A stretch of 64,000 nucleotides of DNA from an uncultured bacterium (GCA_963766885.1 CAVYBO010000001.1:4352-68351), one strand, 5' to 3'; shown: positions 47,802-56,997, numbered from the stretch's first letter. A program made the numbers and translations. Notes: a model not told the origin generated them from the letters alone.

Positions 47802-47883
47802 ACTTTTTAAAATAATGTAATTACTTTCCGGATTACCTGGTTACTGGAGACGAGAAAGGGATTAAACAACACTTGCTATAGTT

Positions 47884-48080
47884 GGAATGTAAATCGTTGT
47901 ATCATCTAACCTCTCAAAAACAGTTCTAACATCCTATCACAAGGGCACTTCTTGCTTACGGCAGTAGCTGATACCCGAGAGCGGTACTAATTCACTATGT
48001 TCATAAGTAAACAAAGTCGTCTACTACGTCGCCCACTGTTATATTAAGCTAACGTTAGTGGGCAGTAATATTTCTTTTTC
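47884..48080 (+). repeat. Tail L (unit 11) interrupted by an 85-nt insertion (47936-48020), followed by head type H (copy 2)
   Basis: cagttctaacatcct | atcacaagggcac...aaagtcgt | ctactacgtcgccca-ctgttatattaagctaacgttagtgggcagtaatatttctttttc. Confidence 0.65.
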
Positions 48081-48167
48081 TAACAATTTTCTATAGAAAT
48101 CTTTAATAATTTTTTTTGTTGATTCTCAATTTACCTGGTGGTAGTATGGCCGAGGTAAATTTGAACT

Positions 48168-49514
48168 ATGAAAAAAATAACCTATCGATATCACCACCGA
48201 GGGGTCGTTACCGGAGGTATTTACCCACCGGACCGATTTCTCTACACGGATCCAAAGACAGGAGAGATCTTGCTTGTGGAAAGGGATGAAACCTACATCA
48301 AGCGGAAAATTGGCACTGGGCGCGACGCACAAAATCATTTCGACGGACTTCGGTTTGGACCGCAGCGTCGGAATTATCCGAACAACTCGGGTGTCTGGCT
48401 CTGGAGGCAATTCATTCTCCCAGGTTTTCCGAAAGAGGCAATTGTCTCCTTGAACGAAGGTCAGACGGATCTTTTCGAGGTTCCCGGCTGGCTGAAAAAG
48501 GAGATTGGTCTCAACAACCTCTTCATCAAGATGGAGGGGCGGTCGCCGAGCGAGAGCTTCAAAGACAGGGGAATGCCTGTGGCGGTGTCGGACGCACTCC
48601 GACTCCAGCTTCTCAATCCGGAACATCCGATCGTCGGAGTGTGTTGTGCTTCCACCGGGGATACTTCGGCTGCGGCGGCAATATATGCTGCTTACTGTCG
48701 GGACAAACTTTCCTGCGTGGTCTTACTTCCGTTTGAGAATATTTCAGACTCGCAACTCTTTCAGGCTATTGCTCACCGCGCCAATGTCATTGCGGTAAAG
48801 CACCCTGACGGTTTTGATGGCTGTATGTATCTCATCAGGGAGTTTCAAAGAGACCATCCGGAATATGTTCTCGTCAACAGCGCGAATGACATGCGCGTCG
48901 TGGGACAGGAGACTATCGGACTCGAGATCATTCAGGACTTGGAGTGGAAGGCTCCGGACTGGATTGCGATTCCCGTCGGTAACGGCGGTAATCTCACTGC
49001 ACTCATGATCGGCCTGCTCCGGGCAAAAGAGTTCGGTCTGATTGATCGTCTGCCGGGCATCATCGCGGCCCAAACCGAATCTGCCGATACTCTGGTGCGC
49101 TGGCAAGGAAGCGGCTATCAGCAGTATCAACCGGGAAAGTTGCAAAAGTCCGTGGCAACCGCCATGAACATCAACGATCCGGTTTCCTTTCCGCGCATCA
49201 AATCTCTTCACGATCAATTCAACATCCACTTCATTGCGGCTGGCGAATTTCAGATCAAGAAAACATGGGCGCGGTTCATGGGAGCGGGTGCAAACATCTG
49301 TCCACAGAGCGCTGTTGCTCTTTCGGCGGTGTTGCAAGCGCGAGCAGTCGGAGTGGTCAAAGAGGACGACATGATCGTTTCAATTTCTACGGCGTCTGGG
49401 ATTAAGTTTTCGGAGGCTGGAATAGCGTGGCACAAGTCTGCTGTTGACGATTCTTGTAACCCATACAAGGTGGTCTCCGGCAATCTGCACGAAATTGAAG
49501 CGGCGCTAAAGTAG
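48168..49514 (+). CDS. Threonine-synthase-like PLP-dependent (fold type II) enzyme; unit 12 cargo, GC about 55%
   Basis: SFKDRG lysine motif at about residue 110; 448 aa; Gly-rich PLP-phosphate loop. Confidence 0.6.
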   Translation: MKKITYRYHHRGVVTGGIYPPDRFLYTDPKTGEILLVERDETYIKRKIGTGRDAQNHFDGLRFGPQRRNYPNNSGVWLWRQFILPGFPKEAIVSLNEGQTDLFEVPGWLKKEIGLNNLFIKMEGRSPSESFKDRGMPVAVSDALRLQLLNPEHPIVGVCCASTGDTSAAAAIYAAYCRDKLSCVVLLPFENISDSQLFQAIAHRANVIAVKHPDGFDGCMYLIREFQRDHPEYVLVNSANDMRVVGQETIGLEIIQDLEWKAPDWIAIPVGNGGNLTALMIGLLRAKEFGLIDRLPGIIAAQTESADTLVRWQGSGYQQYQPGKLQKSVATAMNINDPVSFPRIKSLHDQFNIHFIAAGEFQIKKTWARFMGAGANICPQSAVALSAVLQARAVGVVKEDDMIVSISTASGIKFSEAGIAWHKSAVDDSCNPYKVVSGNLHEIEAALK

Positions 49515-49618
49515 GTAATTGCAAACTCGGTTTGCTGCGCAGATTAAACGCTGCGCAATTTTTATTATTTGAATATTCCTTGTAATTTTAAATGTAAAAT
49601 GTATAGTTTTGTCTGAAT

Positions 49619-49885
49619 ATGAATATAAGCCTTGGAGCACTTTTACGTTCATCCACGGAGGGAAAAGAATCCGTCGAAGTGGCGGGCGGCACTGTCAAGG
49701 AAGCAATCGCCGATCTTAATCGCCAGTTTCCTGGCTTGCAAGATCGCATTTGCAAGGAGGGCAAGATCAGCCGGCACGTCATTTTCTACGTCAATGATGA
49801 GGACATTCGTTTTCTCGATGGCGAGGATACCGTTCTCAAGGAAAGTGACGAGCTTTCCCTTATGGCAGCCGCCGCTGGTGGCTAA
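49619..49885 (+). CDS. ThiS/MoaD-like ubiquitin-fold sulfur-carrier protein ending in Gly-Gly; unit 12
   Basis: 88 aa, C-terminus ...AAAGG; beta-grasp-like pattern. Confidence 0.5.
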   Translation: MNISLGALLRSSTEGKESVEVAGGTVKEAIADLNRQFPGLQDRICKEGKISRHVIFYVNDEDIRFLDGEDTVLKESDELSLMAAAAGG

Positions 49886-49904
49886 AACAATTCTTTATTT
49901 CGAA

Positions 49905-50100
49905 CGAACAACTCGCGATGCAAAGCGAGTATTTTTTTATTTAAAACCCGCAATCAATTTTAATTTTTCTCTCACGCCAGCCATATATTCTTGATCTGAA
50001 AGAATTGTTATAAAAGGGTAACCGTAGTCGCCCATCAATGATTTTTCCTGAAATATCCTTACTAGACTTAGACTTTTCAGTTCTAACCTGTTAGGCTTTT
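49905..50100 (+). repeat. Tail type B (unit 12) followed by head type a' (copy 3 of 3)
   Basis: actcgcgatgcaaagcgagtattttttt...ttataaaagggtaaccgtagtcgccca-tcaatgatttttcc...cttagacttttcagttctaacctgttaggc. Confidence 0.65.
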
Positions 50101-50103
50101 GGT

Positions 50104-50622
50104 ATGAAAAAGATTTACATAACAGGAGTTTCTGGAACTGGTAAAACAACCCTAGCAAAAGAGCTAGAGAAAAAAGGATTTTACACTATCAGCATTGATG
50201 AGGTTGATAATTTATGTTCGTGGGTCAATCAAGAGACTGGTAAGAAGGACGGAGGAAAGAACACAGAACTGACATTGGAGTTCGTAGATAAGCACGACTG
50301 GATTTGTGATATTGAATACTTAAATAAGCTTTTAGATAAAGATGTTGATACGGCATTCGTCTTAGGTATGGCAGGAAATCAAAATGATTTTTTGCATATC
50401 TTTGACAAAATTTTACTCCTACAATGTAGTCCAGAAACTTTTTGTAAAAGAATTGAAAACAGAACTGATAATGAATTTGGTAAAGACCCGAAAATTCAAC
50501 AACAAATTTTAGCTCGTTATAAACCATATGCAGAGGAGATGATAGCAAAGGGTGCGATTTCAATTAACACCGAAAATTCTGTGGATGAGGTTGTTGAGGA
50601 TGTTCTTAAACAAACTATATAA
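50104..50622 (+). CDS. P-loop NTPase / nucleotide-kinase-like protein; unit 13
   Basis: Walker A GVSGTGKTT within the first 20 residues; 172 aa. Confidence 0.5.
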   Translation: MKKIYITGVSGTGKTTLAKELEKKGFYTISIDEVDNLCSWVNQETGKKDGGKNTELTLEFVDKHDWICDIEYLNKLLDKDVDTAFVLGMAGNQNDFLHIFDKILLLQCSPETFCKRIENRTDNEFGKDPKIQQQILARYKPYAEEMIAKGAISINTENSVDEVVEDVLKQTI

Positions 50623-50652
50623 AAGAAAGATTACAAAGATTCGGAAAAAGCT

Positions 50653-50719
50653 GGAATATAAATTGTCGCATCATCTAACCTCTCAAAAACAGTTCTAACA
50701 TCCTCTACTACGTCGCCCA
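50653..50719 (+). repeat. Tail L (unit 13); last repeat of the array
   Basis: ctggaatataaattgtcgcatcatctaacctctcaaaaacagttctaacatcctctactacgtcgccca. Confidence 0.7.
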
Positions 50720-50730
50720 GTAAAAAATAA

Positions 50731-51087
50731 TTAATTTTTTCCAAGATCTTCGGGATTTTCTGTGTCTGGCGGAAGCATCTTATCCCTTAGGCCCCAGGAC
50801 TTGTCTTCTACGATTTCAGATTCGTTTGAAAGTCCCTTAATTGTGTTTGTACAAGCATGAAGTTGCTTCATAATCTCCTGAAGTTTTTCGTTTGCTCCTG
50901 GAATTCTACCTCCAGAATCTGCCAGCTCCATTTGAAGAACATTAAATTCTTCTAAAGCTTTTTGAAATTGTTCTGATTTTTCTGACAAGCCTGCGTTTAT
51001 TTGCTGGAGCAAAGAAGCTAAATCGGCTAATCTTTTTTCAAAAGAGTTTGTTACTATTTCTTCAAATTTGTTTTCTTCTTGATTCAT
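50731..51087 (-). CDS. Hypothetical coiled-coil protein
   Basis: 118-aa ORF. Confidence 0.35.
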   Translation of the reverse strand: MNQEENKFEEIVTNSFEKRLADLASLLQQINAGLSEKSEQFQKALEEFNVLQMELADSGGRIPGANEKLQEIMKQLHACTNTIKGLSNESEIVEDKSWGLRDKMLPPDTENPEDLGKN

Positions 51088-51122
51088 ATTATTTTAATTA
51101 TACACATCTATAAAAAATTCGC

Positions 51123-51347
51123 TCAGGCCTTAGGCTTGAGCGACAGAGCTTTGAGATTCTCATAGATTTTCCTTCGAAAGTTCATGTATTTGATAGTTGC
51201 CTGAAGCAGAGAGATATTTTCACTCATTGCAATAGACAGTATCTGCGTCATTATTACAATCTCACCATCTTTCAATCCCATACACTCCAAATCCTTGGCG
51301 AATTCCAAAATGTCGGAGTAAGTCATCGTTTTTAGATCTAGACTCAT
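51123..51347 (-). CDS. Hypothetical small protein
   Basis: 74-aa ORF. Confidence 0.3.
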   Translation of the reverse strand: MSLDLKTMTYSDILEFAKDLECMGLKDGEIVIMTQILSIAMSENISLLQATIKYMNFRRKIYENLKALSLKPKA

Positions 51348-51402
51348 TCTATAAAAACCTTATTAAAAAAACACAATCTTAGCAATCTGCTATAATAATT
51401 TT

Positions 51403-51633
51403 ATGAATATAATAATTTATACAAAAACAGGATGTCCTTGGTGCAAAGGGGCTTTGGATTTTTTAAAAGAAAAAAATATTCCATTTGAGGAAAGAGAAGT
51501 GAGAGGAAACAAGGAATATTTTGATGAATTAGTTGCAAAGTCTGGACAGGACAAAACACCTACGCTTGATATTGACGGATTTATTTTGGCAGATTCAGAC
51601 AAAGATCAGATCGAAAAATACTTAAAAACTTAG
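51403..51633 (+). CDS. Glutaredoxin/NrdH-like thiol-disulfide oxidoreductase
   Basis: CPWC active site near the N-terminus; 76 aa. Confidence 0.7.
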   Translation: MNIIIYTKTGCPWCKGALDFLKEKNIPFEEREVRGNKEYFDELVAKSGQDKTPTLDIDGFILADSDKDQIEKYLKT

Positions 51634-51735
51634 ACCCAAACTGAGTTTGGGTCTTTTGTGGGGGATGAGAATAATGAAAAATGTGCTTCTCACCATTGTA
51701 GACGTAAGTATAAACAAAATCTTACAGAGAAGAAA

Positions 51736-52806
51736 TCAAAGAATCGGTTCGTACTCTTTTTTTCTGAAAAAGTATCCTTCTACTGAATTATTGTCGTAGC
51801 CATACATCACCAAAGCAATTGGAATGCCAATAAGGATTATGTGAGGCCACACGACTTCACCAAAGAAATAAAGTGAGAGCATCAGCCAGAATTCAAAGAA
51901 AAGTGCAGCAAAGCGGATTTCAATTCCTAAAATAATAAATGTGCCGATTAGTATTTCTATAATTGCCGCGCCAAGGACAAGAAAATGAGGTTCAAATCCC
52001 AAAATCTTATCCAGGTGATATTTCTCAACTGTAAAAAGGCCGAGATTGTTGTAAACCACTTTGGCATATGCAGAAGCAAAAATAAGCGAGATGCCAAAAC
52101 AGACGCGCAGTATTGCAAAGCTTTTTGGCGCTACAAAGTCAGAAATTTTCTGGAATAGAGAATTTGGATCCCTGTTAATAACTTTATTTTTTGAAAAATA
52201 ATTATCAAGACTCCAATTGTGCGCGCCAAGCACAAGAAGCACGATAATCTCACCTAGATAGTTTATGTAGGTTAGCATATACCATCCGTGGAACCAGACG
52301 GCAACGCAGTACATGCAAAGAGCGATAAGCGCTGCCAGCCTGGCAAAAAATCCGGTAATTGTCAGGATGCCGATTATGACAAGAATGGCAGTAATAATAG
52401 GTGCAAGCGATCCATAGGTATTTACCAGAGGCAGTTCAGGTCCGTAGCTTGCCTGATAATATGCAGCAGCCAAAAAAGAAAGGCCGACAGTCACTCTGGC
52501 AACAAACGGCGCATAAGGGCGCAGCTTAATAAAAATTGGATCAATAATACGCTCAAGAAATCGCATGATTGAGATAAAAAAGACACAGAAGATCGCGAGA
52601 ATACAAATGAATGCCCAGAAAATAAATTCGTGCAAATTTTTAAGAGCCACTGCAAGCATATTGAAAGGCGGCATGCCGACAGCTTTGGCAATTTCAGCGG
52701 AACTCAAAACATAGACTTCATGTGCGGAAACAAGAATTGGAAAAAGCATAGTAAAAAAGCTTGCAAAGAAAACTATGATTTTTTTCTTGCTGGCAGAAAA
52801 TTTCAT
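51736..52806 (-). CDS. Polytopic integral membrane protein, function unknown
   Basis: 356 aa, at least 9 TM. Confidence 0.4.
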   Translation of the reverse strand: MKFSASKKKIIVFFASFFTMLFPILVSAHEVYVLSSAEIAKAVGMPPFNMLAVALKNLHEFIFWAFICILAIFCVFFISIMRFLERIIDPIFIKLRPYAPFVARVTVGLSFLAAAYYQASYGPELPLVNTYGSLAPIITAILVIIGILTITGFFARLAALIALCMYCVAVWFHGWYMLTYINYLGEIIVLLVLGAHNWSLDNYFSKNKVINRDPNSLFQKISDFVAPKSFAILRVCFGISLIFASAYAKVVYNNLGLFTVEKYHLDKILGFEPHFLVLGAAIIEILIGTFIILGIEIRFAALFFEFWLMLSLYFFGEVVWPHIILIGIPIALVMYGYDNNSVEGYFFRKKEYEPIL

Positions 52807-52875
52807 TGGCTTAATTCTACATTAGTGCGAGGTTTAATAAAAGATTGGAATTTTTAAATTTGATATACTTTCCTT

Positions 52876-53310
52876 ATGAAATATTCAGATTTTTTAGAAC
52901 AAAACAAGGACCGAACCTGTCCATTTTGTAGTATCAAACCAGATGAAAAATTTTTGGAAAACGAATCTGCTTTTTTGACATACGCTCTGGCTCCGTACCA
53001 CAAAGATCATTTGCTTGTCGTTACAAAACGACACTTTGACCAGCTTTTGGATGCTACACCGGAAGAAGCCAAAGATATTGATGAACTTGAAAGCAAAGGC
53101 ATAAAAATCCTGCACAATTTGGGGTACAAGAATATTTCAATAATTGTCAGAGAGGGAGAAGACACGGGTAAAAGTGTTGAGCACATTCACTATCACATTA
53201 TTCCAGACACTCGGATTGGGGACTTGGATCACGACAATGATGCGCGGCCAATTCTTAGCAGCGAGGAAATTGAAGCACTTGGGAAGCGAATCAGATCTGT
53301 AATTTCTTAA
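52876..53310 (+). CDS. HIT-family nucleotide hydrolase/transferase
   Basis: Histidine triad HIHYHIIP. Confidence 0.65.
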   Translation: MKYSDFLEQNKDRTCPFCSIKPDEKFLENESAFLTYALAPYHKDHLLVVTKRHFDQLLDATPEEAKDIDELESKGIKILHNLGYKNISIIVREGEDTGKSVEHIHYHIIPDTRIGDLDHDNDARPILSSEEIEALGKRIRSVIS

Positions 53311-53318
53311 ATAGATTT

Positions 53319-54413
53319 ATGAATAGATACTTTATTTTCATCGCGCTGTTTATTATCTTGTACATTCTTGCGGTAATGCATTTTGTTGTATTTGAGGGAA
53401 TTATTCTTGGCTTTTTGATAAAAAATTCGACTGTGGTTTTAGGAGTCAAAATATTTTTTTCTGTTATGACATTGAGTTTTGTTTTAGCTTCGGTTTTGAC
53501 CAGGAATTTTAATAATCTTTTTACTCGTTGGCTTTATAGGGTTTCTGCAGTATGGCTCGGATTTCTTTTCTATTTTTTTCTGGCTTCTGTAATCTATATT
53601 TTGTATTTGGCAGCATTTCCAGTTTCCATCTATTTTGCAGGTATTCTTTTTGTCATAGCGTTTTTGATAAGCATTTACGGATTGGTTCATGCCAATTCAA
53701 TCAAAATCAAAGGGGTGAATATCACACTTCAAAATCTGCCGGAAAATTGGATTGGAAGAAAAGCTATGTTTGTGAGCGATGTCCATTTAGGTCAGGTGCG
53801 AGGCAGAAACTTTGCCGTAAAAGTTTGCAAGGAAATAGGAAAAATAAATCCAGATATTGTTTTTATCGGCGGAGATATGTTTGACGGAGTGAAAGTTGAT
53901 GAAGAAAAAATTGTGGAACCTTTTTCGCAAACCCATCCTCCTCTTGGAATTTATTTTGTTTCCGGAAACCATGAAGAATTTGAAGATAATTCAAAATATC
54001 TTTCAGCGCTTGGCAACGCTGGAATAAAAGTTCTGGAAAATGAAGCGGTTGATGTGGAGGGTGTACAAATTATTGGTGCTGACTATCAGACTACCGATTC
54101 TAGAGAAAAATTTGAAAATGTTTTAAATAAAATACAAATTGATTATTCCATTCCAAGCATTCTTTTGAAGCACGTGCCGATGCATATTGATGTTGCGGAG
54201 AAAAAAGGAATTTCACTTCAGCTTTCTGGACATACTCACAAGGCTCAAGTTTTTCCCTTTAGTCTGCTTACACCTTTTATTTTTAAAGGCTTTGATTATG
54301 GGCTTAAAAACTCTGGTAATTTGCAAGTTTACACTTCAAGCGGGGCGGGCACTTGGGGTCCGCCTCTTCGAGTTGGCACGGATTCGGAAATTGTCAGTAT
54401 CATTTTTAATTAA
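53319..54413 (+). CDS. Membrane-anchored calcineurin-like metallophosphoesterase
   Basis: Four N-terminal TM segments; GDMFDG and GNHE motifs. Confidence 0.65.
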   Translation: MNRYFIFIALFIILYILAVMHFVVFEGIILGFLIKNSTVVLGVKIFFSVMTLSFVLASVLTRNFNNLFTRWLYRVSAVWLGFLFYFFLASVIYILYLAAFPVSIYFAGILFVIAFLISIYGLVHANSIKIKGVNITLQNLPENWIGRKAMFVSDVHLGQVRGRNFAVKVCKEIGKINPDIVFIGGDMFDGVKVDEEKIVEPFSQTHPPLGIYFVSGNHEEFEDNSKYLSALGNAGIKVLENEAVDVEGVQIIGADYQTTDSREKFENVLNKIQIDYSIPSILLKHVPMHIDVAEKKGISLQLSGHTHKAQVFPFSLLTPFIFKGFDYGLKNSGNLQVYTSSGAGTWGPPLRVGTDSEIVSIIFN

Positions 54414-54507
54414 TCTATCCAAAGTTTCTTCTTGTGTTTTCTTAGTTTTGTTGTATAAATTGAAAGCAAATGCCAAGCAATATGTTTGGCAAACAGTTTT
54501 TTAACTT

Positions 54508-54987
54508 ATGAATAAAAATAAGATTGCAAATATCTTAGGACAATTGCTGTTGATGACGGAAAGAACCAGAGAATTCGGGTGTGAACTAGATGATCTGGTT
54601 GTGGCAATTTGTTGGGCGGAACTGATCCACGAAAAAACTTTTACAATAGAAGGTTATTGCGAAAGCAAGGAGTGGAGAGTCTGTCAGGGGTGCGCCGGTG
54701 TGCATCCTATAACGGTTGGGTTTGACGTTGTAGCTCTTTATCCTGGAGGTAAAGAGAGATCTTCGACTGCAAGTGTGATGAGAACGCTTGGAGTGAATCA
54801 TGGTGTTGGTCACTATAGGCCTCCGTTTTCGTGGATAATCGCTGAGAAATCTTACTACATTGAATGGCTTACTTTTGATTCGAGCATTGGTTTGGGAAAT
54901 GTGCTCGGTGCCCTGGATCTGGAATTAAACTGCAGGAAGGTTTTCATCGGATATCCGGAGCACGCCGTTCATTATGTTGGTTTGTAG
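54508..54987 (+). CDS. Hypothetical Cys/His-containing protein, GC higher than surroundings
   Basis: 159-aa ORF. Confidence 0.3.
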   Translation: MNKNKIANILGQLLLMTERTREFGCELDDLVVAICWAELIHEKTFTIEGYCESKEWRVCQGCAGVHPITVGFDVVALYPGGKERSSTASVMRTLGVNHGVGHYRPPFSWIIAEKSYYIEWLTFDSSIGLGNVLGALDLELNCRKVFIGYPEHAVHYVGL

Positions 54988-55043
54988 GAGCTGGCGCATT
55001 AGCGCCAATTTTTTTTGTCCAAAATATGTGATAAAGTTTCAAT

Positions 55044-55958
55044 ATGGTAAAAAGCAGTCCAAAAATACTTGACGGCAAAAAGCTTTCCGAAGAAATAGCC
55101 AAATCGCTAAAGAAAAAAATATCTTTATTAAAGGGCCTGCCAACACTTGCGATTATTCAAGTTGCCGACGAAAAGGCTTCAAATTCATATATTGCAAGAA
55201 AAAAGAGTTTTGCAGACAAAATTGGCGCCAAAGTCCATCATATTGTCTTGTCAAAAAACATTTCAAATCAGGCGCTTATCGATTTGATTAAAGAATTGAA
55301 TGCAAGAGAGGATATTCACGGAATTATTGTCCAGTTGCCGATTCCAAAACAGCTAAATAGATATGAGATTATGGAATCAATTGATCCTCTCAAAGACGTG
55401 GATGGATTAAATTCCAAAAACGCCGGACTCCTTTACGAATCTGCTTTTGGCGGACAAGATCCTCGCAAAGTTCCGCAAGGTTTGCTTCCGGCTACAGCCA
55501 AAGGAGTTTTAACGCTTCTGAAAAAAAATAAAATTCAATTGGAAGGAAAACGCGCTCTTGTAATTGGCAGGTCACTTTTGGTTGGCAAGCCAGTTGCGAT
55601 GCTTTTGATTCGTGAAAATGCAACAGTTACAATTGCTCACAGAAAGACTAAAAATTTGAAAGAGCTTTGTAAAGAAAGCGATATTATTATTGCTGCGGCA
55701 GGAAAAGCAGGGCTTATTGGAAAAGATAGTTTGAAGAAAGGGCAGGTGGTTGTGGATGTTGGCACAAACGCTGTAAAAGGCCCAAAGACAATTGAAGAAG
55801 TGGCCAAGACAAAAATGGTTGGAGATGTGAATTTTGAAGAAGCCAAGAAGATCGTGGCGGCAATTTCTCCTGTGCCTGGAGGAGTAGGGCCAATGACTGT
55901 AGTGTCGCTTTTTGAAAATTTAGTTGAAGCGTATAATTTAAATGCTCGGAGCCAGTAA
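55044..55958 (+). CDS. folD: Bifunctional methylenetetrahydrofolate dehydrogenase/cyclohydrolase
   Basis: FolD-length 304 aa; Rossmann VIGRSLLVGKP and catalytic N-terminal lysine region. Confidence 0.85.
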   Translation: MVKSSPKILDGKKLSEEIAKSLKKKISLLKGLPTLAIIQVADEKASNSYIARKKSFADKIGAKVHHIVLSKNISNQALIDLIKELNAREDIHGIIVQLPIPKQLNRYEIMESIDPLKDVDGLNSKNAGLLYESAFGGQDPRKVPQGLLPATAKGVLTLLKKNKIQLEGKRALVIGRSLLVGKPVAMLLIRENATVTIAHRKTKNLKELCKESDIIIAAAGKAGLIGKDSLKKGQVVVDVGTNAVKGPKTIEEVAKTKMVGDVNFEEAKKIVAAISPVPGGVGPMTVVSLFENLVEAYNLNARSQ

Positions 55959-56104
55959 AACTGAGGGAATACGCGCGACTTTTGCGGAGCAAAACGAAGT
56001 GCGTGTTTCCGAAGTTTGGTAGCCTTGGGATCACAGTCTTCGTTCGCCTACGGCGAAGTCGTCTGTAATCCCTCGGCTAATTATCAACTAAACAAATTAA
56101 ATAT

Positions 56105-56905
56105 ATGAACGACAATATTTTACATTCAAAAAAGTTTGAAAAAGTAGTTATCGGATTACTTGCAATTATTACTGTATTTTTTATTTTTGAAATTATTTCA
56201 ATTGCTTGGGGATTTTTTCAAACAAATCCTGCATCACCCGTTAACACTATTTCAGTTTCTGGTACTGGCAAAGTTTACGCAGTTGCAGACATTGCAGAGT
56301 TTACTTTTTCTGTTGATGAAACTGCGGATACTGTGGCAGACGCGCAGTCAAAGGCTACGGACATCGGCAACAAAGCAATTGATTATTTGAAACAGCAAGG
56401 AATTGCAGCAACAGATATTCAAGCAAGCGGTTACAATGTTAATCCACAATATTCTGATGACACTGCAGTGCCTTGCCCAGCGATTTATCCTTCAAATTGC
56501 CCCCCATCAACTGGTGGAAAATTGATCGGCTATGAAGTCACAGAATCTGTGAATGTAAAAGTTCGCGACATTTCCAAAGCCGGAAGCATTCTTTCTGGAA
56601 TCGGCTCAATTGGCGTGACAAATATTTCTGGACTTTCATTTACTATTGATAATGATGAGACACTGAAAGAACAAGCTCGTGAGGCAGCAATCACAGATGC
56701 CAAAGCGCAAGCGCAAAAGTTGGCAAGCGATCTTGGTGTTCGTTTGGGTAAAGTGACAAGTTATTCAGAAAACGGCAACGGACAAATTTATACTCCTCAA
56801 GCAATGGCAGTTGGCGCTGTATCATCAGCAGCATCTGCTCCAGAACTTCCTGCAGGCCAAAATCAAATTGAAGTTGATGTGCAGGTGATATATCAGATTA
56901 AGTAA
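56105..56905 (+). CDS. SIMPL-domain (DUF541) secreted protein
   Basis: N-terminal TM; ISVSGTGKVYAVADIAEFTFSV...AQSKAT... pattern of SIMPL proteins. Confidence 0.6.
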   Translation: MNDNILHSKKFEKVVIGLLAIITVFFIFEIISIAWGFFQTNPASPVNTISVSGTGKVYAVADIAEFTFSVDETADTVADAQSKATDIGNKAIDYLKQQGIAATDIQASGYNVNPQYSDDTAVPCPAIYPSNCPPSTGGKLIGYEVTESVNVKVRDISKAGSILSGIGSIGVTNISGLSFTIDNDETLKEQAREAAITDAKAQAQKLASDLGVRLGKVTSYSENGNGQIYTPQAMAVGAVSSAASAPELPAGQNQIEVDVQVIYQIK

Positions 56906-56935
56906 CTAGTTCTATTAAAAGCGCTTGTTTTTTCT

Positions 56936-56978
56936 AGAAAAGGGGGTATATTTGTATATACCCCAGCAGGGGTTTTTT
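56936..56978 (+). terminator. Rho-independent terminator
   Basis: gggggtatatttgtatatacccc plus T-run. Confidence 0.55.
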
Positions 56979-56997
56979 AGTTAGAATTTAAGTAAAA

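Larger units (their letters stand above)
31134..50719 (+). mobile_element. tRNA-His-anchored tandem array of 13 cassette units (integron-like genomic island); each unit ends in the octamer GTCGCCCA
   Basis: 11 copies of a ~67-bp tail repeat, 2 copies of an alternative tail, 6 copies of a 24-bp head repeat, 3 copies of the tRNA-distal flank; cargo genes mostly co-oriented, several GC-rich. Confidence 0.6.

Noticed and set aside
31134-50719. Whether the regularly spaced repeats constitute a CRISPR array
   Set aside because: The repeat units are 67 to 130 bp rather than 24 to 48 bp. The intervening segments are 0.4 to 4.8 kb and encode full genes rather than 30 to 40 bp spacers. There are no cas genes. 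The repeats are asymmetric, with a fixed tRNA-derived 3' core.
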